From the NCBI RefSeq assembly GCF_002355595.1, contig NZ_AP017422.1, forward strand, positions 4,900,823 through 4,964,822: 64,000 bases of DNA, read 5' to 3'. Position numbers and translations under genes: made by a program. Source of the DNA: Filimonas lacunae. GTDB lineage: Bacteria > Bacteroidota > Bacteroidia > Chitinophagales > Chitinophagaceae. Each line of letters begins with the position of its first letter. The stretch's first letter is position 1. Below are positions 59,207 through 64,000 of the stretch, in pieces. Below the pieces are notes generated by a model. That model was not told where the DNA came from and did not search any database. It saw nothing but the letters and a program-made list of their open reading frames with translations.

Positions 59207-59854
59207 CTAATCGTACAAGTTAAAATCGGCCACCACCTTGTAAATCAATTTAATACGGGAGTTTACATTCAATTTGCGGAAGATCCGTTTTAAATGTTCG
59301 TTCACCGTATGGTGGGATATAAACAATGCTTCCCCTATTTCTTTATTGGTATTTCCTTTTAAAATCAGTTTTATGATATCGGCTTCTCGTGCAGTAAGAA
59401 TATGTGTGCCAATTTTCCGGCCCGATTGCAGTTGCTCCTGGTACAACATGTCAAACACCTTACGTTGAATATCAAAGGCCAGGTAACTTTTTCCTTCATA
59501 AATATTCCCCAGGCAATCTTCCAGGGCTTTTTGCGAAAATGGCTTTTTCAAAAATCCGGTCACTCCCGCCTTAATGGCTTTTAGCACCAGCCTTTCGTCG
59601 TTGCTGCTTAACATAAACACCACCTGCATAAAATTGTATTGCTTTCTTATACCGGCAGCCATGATTAATGCATGCGCTTCTTCTGCTACGCTCACAAAAA
59701 CCACATCCGCTATCTTTATGGTATCGTTTAGTTGATAATACTCTTCGATGGTGGCACACTCAAACACGATGCTACAGTCAGCCCGGTCAAGCAAAAAGGT
59801 TTTAATTGCCAGAACAAACGATTCATTCTTTTCTACAATTCCTATATATATCAT
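59207..59854 (-). CDS. LuxR-type (NarL/FixJ-like) regulator with an atypical receiver domain
   Basis: The C-terminal HTH is TAREADIIKLILKGNTNKEIGEALFISHHTVNEHLKRIF. The N-terminal CheY-like fold lacks the acidic pair (IGIVEKN in place of DD) and the phospho-acceptor Asp (VVFVSVA in place of hhhhDhxM). The conserved KP lysine is retained. Confidence 0.65.
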   Translation of the reverse strand: MIYIGIVEKNESFVLAIKTFLLDRADCSIVFECATIEEYYQLNDTIKIADVVFVSVAEEAHALIMAAGIRKQYNFMQVVFMLSSNDERLVLKAIKAGVTGFLKKPFSQKALEDCLGNIYEGKSYLAFDIQRKVFDMLYQEQLQSGRKIGTHILTAREADIIKLILKGNTNKEIGEALFISHHTVNEHLKRIFRKLNVNSRIKLIYKVVADFNLYD

Positions 59855-60260
59855 ACCGGTTTCAGTGTATTATACCCTTCTACGCAGAACGGCGCTGTTT
59901 TTACAGGAAGTACGAAAAGAAAATAGTTTTTTTGATAATGCCTTTACGGCAATGTTTGGCAGCAGGGACACGACATGCTGTTACCAGCCAGTTTATTGGT
60001 ATTTTCATCCGGAAATAAAAAATGGTTTAAAAGGGGTTAATATGAACTAAATCATCAGTCAAACATATAACGATATTTTGTCTTTATATTACCTTAGTTA
60101 AGGTAATTTACTATTTGATTAATTATATTATTTTATCATATACGTATATAACTGCCCTGCTTTGAAAAAGCCAGTATCGTGTCAAAAGAACACCAGGTAT
60201 ATTTTTTGACGTAACTTTTCCGCTTTTTAGAGGTATATTGATAGTATTTTTTATTGATTC

Positions 60261-61544
60261 ATGCCGCATTTTGTACAAAAACTAATGAATACCGGCACTT
60301 CGGCCGAGCTGGATTTTATCAAAAACGCACGGATTAAAGTGATTAACCTGGCAGCTTTGCTGGGTGGAAGTGTTTCGTTTTTATTCAGCATTCTCAATGT
60401 GTTGAATAAAAACTACCTGCTGGCATGCATTAACGTGAGCACACTTTTGTTATTACTGGGTTTATTATACTGCAATTTCAGGCAAAGCTTTTTAAAGGGA
60501 CCTGCCATTATAATGGTGTTGATTTCGGCGGTGTTGTGTTTAAACGGTGTGCTATATAATAATAACATGGAGTTTTATGTGCTGCTGGTGGTGGGCTTAG
60601 GTCTGGTGTTGTTCGATAACCTGCGTATTATATTAATGATACTGTTTTTTAACAGCATCCTCTTCCTGGTGTCCAATAAGCTGGCGCCACATACAGTTAT
60701 TGAGCAGGCTACCGAAAACCGGCGATTTATTAACCTGCTCATCTGGCTGGTATTGTTACTAAGCTGCCTGTACACCTTTAAAAAACAAAGCCTTACCTAC
60801 CTGGCCAGCCTGGAAAAGGCCAACGAAAACCTGAAAGCCAGTAACCAGGCCAAAGAGAAACTGTTTTCCATTGTAGCGCACGATATGCGTTCGCCCCTGA
60901 ACTCGCTCAGCACCACGCTGGAGCTACTGGACAATGCCTATATCACTCCGGAAAAGTTCAAACAGCTGAGTGGCTTACTGGCCAACCAAACCAAGCACCT
61001 GAACGAAAACATGGAGGTGTTGCTGAAATGGGCGCATAGCCAGTTAAAGGGCATTGAGGTGCATCCACGACATATAAACCTGGTAACGCATATTGCTGAA
61101 ATAGTAAGCCTGCTGAAACCTTTGATGGAGTTTAAACATATCAGCATTTACTTTTCTACTGCCGAACCCGTGATGGTGTTTGCCGATCCGGAACATGTAA
61201 AACTGGTATTGCGCAACCTGCTTACCAATGCCATTAAATTCAGTCACCCCAATGGCAATATTGATATTATCATTAACAAAGGCAGCGGCAAACAAATTTG
61301 GGTGCAGGTAAAAGATTATGGAATGGGCATTGCCCCCGAAGTGCTGCCTGGCATTTTCAGCACCTCGGTATTGCCCAGCGCCCCTGGCACACAAAACGAA
61401 AAAGGCATAGGCCTTGGCCTTCAGCTGATTAAGGAGTTTATTACCCGTAACGGCGGCGTTATTCTGGTAAAAAGCAAGCCTGGCGAAGGCAGCACCTTCA
61501 GCTTTAGCCTTCCGGCATCGGATCAACAAGCTTTTCTGCTTTAG
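60261..61544 (+). CDS. Membrane-bound sensor histidine kinase
   Basis: About 6 N-terminal TM helices, an H-box FSIVAHDMRSPLNSL, and N/G1/G2 boxes (LRNLLTNAIKFS, VKDYGMGI, GIGLGL). Confidence 0.75.
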   Translation: MPHFVQKLMNTGTSAELDFIKNARIKVINLAALLGGSVSFLFSILNVLNKNYLLACINVSTLLLLLGLLYCNFRQSFLKGPAIIMVLISAVLCLNGVLYNNNMEFYVLLVVGLGLVLFDNLRIILMILFFNSILFLVSNKLAPHTVIEQATENRRFINLLIWLVLLLSCLYTFKKQSLTYLASLEKANENLKASNQAKEKLFSIVAHDMRSPLNSLSTTLELLDNAYITPEKFKQLSGLLANQTKHLNENMEVLLKWAHSQLKGIEVHPRHINLVTHIAEIVSLLKPLMEFKHISIYFSTAEPVMVFADPEHVKLVLRNLLTNAIKFSHPNGNIDIIINKGSGKQIWVQVKDYGMGIAPEVLPGIFSTSVLPSAPGTQNEKGIGLGLQLIKEFITRNGGVILVKSKPGEGSTFSFSLPASDQQAFLL

Positions 61545-61648
61545 CTATTTCTTAACCTTATCCCTACAACTTTTTTTTCATTTACCTGTTTAATTAGGAA
61601 AGTAAAAGCTATTCCGGCTATTACGATCATATACTTAAAACGGCATTT

Positions 61649-62200
61649 ATGGAAGTTGCAAAAAGGATCAGAGGAAACAGTACAGAAGAAGTTTGGCAGC
61701 AGTTGCAGGATGATTTTGCCACATTAACCACCTTAAGTGATTACACCGTATTAATAGAACAGGAAAACAGGAACATTGAGCTTACCCTGGGCGTTCACCA
61801 GGGTGGAAGTGATGAGGGTGGTTATGAATACACCACATTAACCTCGGGCCTTAATCCTACACACGATTTCTTTTTTACTATTTATCCGCAGGATGTGTTT
61901 ACAGAAATTGGTAAGATTTTTGGCATGCAGGATATTAAAACCGGCTACACCGAATTTGACAACCAGGTGATTGTAAAAACCAACGACCCCCTGAAGTTTA
62001 GAAAAGTGTTTTCGAGCCGCGACACCCGCAAGGTGTTTGAAGCCCTTTCCAGCTATTCGCTGAAAATTACCAGCGAAAAAAAGAAAGGCAACAAACTGGA
62101 ACTGAAAGTACAGAGAGCGATTACAGATATCGAGGAATTAAAACTTGTTTACAAGGCTTTTTACCAGATACTGGCGCTGTGCGCATACATTACGGCATAA
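61649..62200 (+). CDS. Hypothetical protein
   Basis: 183-aa ORF followed by a clear terminator. Confidence 0.4.
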   Translation: MEVAKRIRGNSTEEVWQQLQDDFATLTTLSDYTVLIEQENRNIELTLGVHQGGSDEGGYEYTTLTSGLNPTHDFFFTIYPQDVFTEIGKIFGMQDIKTGYTEFDNQVIVKTNDPLKFRKVFSSRDTRKVFEALSSYSLKITSEKKKGNKLELKVQRAITDIEELKLVYKAFYQILALCAYITA

Positions 62201-62252
62201 CCATTCAACCGTGATTAAGGGTTAAACACCCATTTTTAAGTACCCAACAGTA

Positions 62253-62290
62253 AAGAGCCGGACTGAGCAATCAGTACCGGCTCTTTTTTG
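62253..62290 (+). terminator. Rho-independent terminator
   Basis: Stem aaagagccgg / ccggctcttt followed by tttttg. Confidence 0.5.
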
Positions 62291-62335
62291 CTTGTATTCA
62301 TTATTGGTGCATTTTTGCCTGCCATTGTTAAAAAA

Positions 62336-64000
62336 ATGGTAATGCAAATGATGTTTTCGAGAATAGCTTTGCCTGTTGCAGCCGGAATGCTAAGTGTGCT
62401 TTGTGCAAATGCCCAGGAGCCTGCAAGTAATCTGGACCCCGTTACAATCACCGCCACGGTAAACCCGCTGGCCAGTTCTAAAACCGGGCGTAATTTATAT
62501 GTAATTAAAGGAGAAGATATAGCCAAAATGCCTGTGCATTCGCTGGACGAATTGCTGCGTTATTTACCAGGCTTTGAAGTGCAGGCCCGTGGCCCCATGG
62601 GTGCACAGAGCGACCTGGTGATTCGTGGTGGTACTTTTCAGCAGGTGCTGGTGGTGGTAGACGGGCTAAGGGTAAACGACCCTAACACCGGTCACTTTAG
62701 CAGCTATATTCCGGTTTCGCCTTCTGATATTGAACGTATTGAGGTACTGAAAGGCGCTTCTTCGGCTATTTACGGTTCGGATGCCGTGGGTGGTGTGGTA
62801 CATATTATTACCAAAACCTTTTCTCACACTGGTGTGCCTTCGCAAAACTACAATGCCAGCGTAACAGGTGGAGCTTATGGCCTGTTTAACGCCAATGCTT
62901 CGGGCTATTACAGCAATGATAAATTATCGGTAAGCCTGGGTGGCCAAACCAACAATGCCGATGGACAACCACAAAGAGGCATTGACGGTTATTTTCACCT
63001 GCATACGATATCGGCTGCTGCCAGCTATAAACTCAGCAACCACTGGAAACTCGCCTACCGCCTTAGTTACGACAGCCGCAAGTTTGCCGCTCAAAACTTT
63101 TACACCACTGCCGTGGGCGATACCGCCAACGAAAAGGTAAGCACCTGGTGGCACCAGCTGAGCCTGAGCTACCGTAACAACCACAACAGCTTTAGCCTGC
63201 AGGGTGGCTATAAAAATGTAAACGATCATTACCAATATACGCCACATGCCGTGGCTAATGATAACCGCAGCAAGCTGTGGCAATCGCTGGCTATATATGC
63301 ACACGAGTTCAGCAACAATATCAGTCTGATAAGCGGTGCGCAGTTTCAGCAAAAAAGCATTGCCAGCAACGACAGGGGTAACCATACCGTTAACCAGGCT
63401 GCTGGCTTTGTGTCTATGACAGCGGCAGTGAACCAGCACATTACCCTTAGTCCGGCAGTGCGTTTAGACTGGAACGAAGCGGCCGGCTACGAACTGGTGC
63501 CACAGATTAACGCATCTTACAAACAAGGTCGCTTTCAGTTAAGAGGTAGCGCCGGCAAAACCATTCGCAATGCCGATTTTACCGAACTGTATAACAACTA
63601 TAACAAAACCCTGGTAAGCAGCGGGCAAAGAGTGGGCAACCCTGATTTGAAAGCAGAACGCTCGTTCAGCTACGAAGCAGGCGCCGATTACTTTGGCAAA
63701 AACCTGCGCATCTCTTCTACCCTGTTTCAGCGCAGGCACAGCAACCTGATTGACTGGACCACCACTGCCTATGCCGATATGCCGCGCCAAAGCAATTTGT
63801 CGCCAACCAGCTCTTATGCACTGGCTACCAATATTGCCAAAATGGTGACCAGCGGTGTAGAAACCGATATTCAATGGACTAAAACCTACCACGAAAAGCA
63901 CACAATTTCGGCTACCGCAGGCGCTATCTGGCTGGATTCAGATACCAAAGAGGGCAAATCTTCTTTTTATCTATCTTCGCATGCGAAGTTCTTAGTCAAC
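62336..64000 (+). CDS. TonB-dependent outer-membrane receptor (BtuB/CirA-like), 5' partial; it continues past the window end
   Basis: ATG at 62336 gives MVMQMMFSRIALPVAAGMLSVLCANAQE (signal), a DPVTITAT TonB box, and a plug (VIRGGTFQQVLVVVDGLRVNDPNTGHFSSYIPVSPSDIERIEVLKGASSAIYGSDAVGGVVHII). The frame is open to position 64000. It is absent from the ORF track because no stop falls in the window. Confidence 0.7.
   Translation, partial: MVMQMMFSRIALPVAAGMLSVLCANAQEPASNLDPVTITATVNPLASSKTGRNLYVIKGEDIAKMPVHSLDELLRYLPGFEVQARGPMGAQSDLVIRGGTFQQVLVVVDGLRVNDPNTGHFSSYIPVSPSDIERIEVLKGASSAIYGSDAVGGVVHIITKTFSHTGVPSQNYNASVTGGAYGLFNANASGYYSNDKLSVSLGGQTNNADGQPQRGIDGYFHLHTISAAASYKLSNHWKLAYRLSYDSRKFAAQNFYTTAVGDTANEKVSTWWHQLSLSYRNNHNSFSLQGGYKNVNDHYQYTPHAVANDNRSKLWQSLAIYAHEFSNNISLISGAQFQQKSIASNDRGNHTVNQAAGFVSMTAAVNQHITLSPAVRLDWNEAAGYELVPQINASYKQGRFQLRGSAGKTIRNADFTELYNNYNKTLVSSGQRVGNPDLKAERSFSYEAGADYFGKNLRISSTLFQRRHSNLIDWTTTAYADMPRQSNLSPTSSYALATNIAKMVTSGVETDIQWTKTYHEKHTISATAGAIWLDSDTKEGKSSFYLSSHAKFLVN

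Noticed and set aside
62236-63901. Three minus-strand ORFs (62236-62526, 62924-63439, 63539-63901)
   Set aside because: All three lie antisense to a continuous + strand TonB-dependent receptor ORF (62336 to the window end) that has a signal peptide, a TonB box and a plug domain. The minus-strand products have no motifs.

Overview
This 64-kb window is Bacteroidota-type chromosome, most likely Chitinophagaceae: it carries a SusC/SusD pair, a T9SS type-B giant cargo protein next to a PorP/SprF gene, and coding density is high throughout. Roughly 55 CDSs can be supported. They include two SDR oxidoreductases, a rhomboid protease, a class-III aminotransferase and a SusC/SusD locus whose enzyme cargo is phosphoesterases rather than glycoside hydrolases. 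Other calls are a large GH106-like glycoside hydrolase, a GH63-like glucosidase, a flotillin/SPFH protein, a PQQ-like beta-propeller protein, a bacterial SET-domain protein with a poly-lysine tail, a 2604-aa adhesin-like T9SS cargo, and a LuxR-type regulator with an atypical receiver beside a histidine kinase. Partial genes lie at both window edges: an AraC-family regulator at the left and a TonB-dependent receptor at the right. One tRNA-Asp(GTC) sits at 27879-27952 on the minus strand. No CRISPR arrays, rRNA genes, transposases or integrases were seen. The first and strongest of two candidate novel systems is a tightly coupled six-gene minus-strand operon at 37861-47333. It starts with a RavA-like MoxR AAA+ ATPase and includes two tandem paralogous ~880-aa proteins carrying a cryptic vWA-like core, plus a Gly-rich/TPR-like protein and two small unknowns. 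This resembles the MoxR-vWA NTP-dependent conflict/signalling systems. The second candidate is a low-GC islet at ~24.4-27.9 kb abutting tRNA-Asp. It carries a tandem pair of paralogous AlkB-like 2OG-Fe(II) dioxygenases and a convergent zeta-toxin-like P-loop kinase with an overlapping small partner ORF. All functional calls come from motif reading of the translated ORFs and have not been checked against databases.
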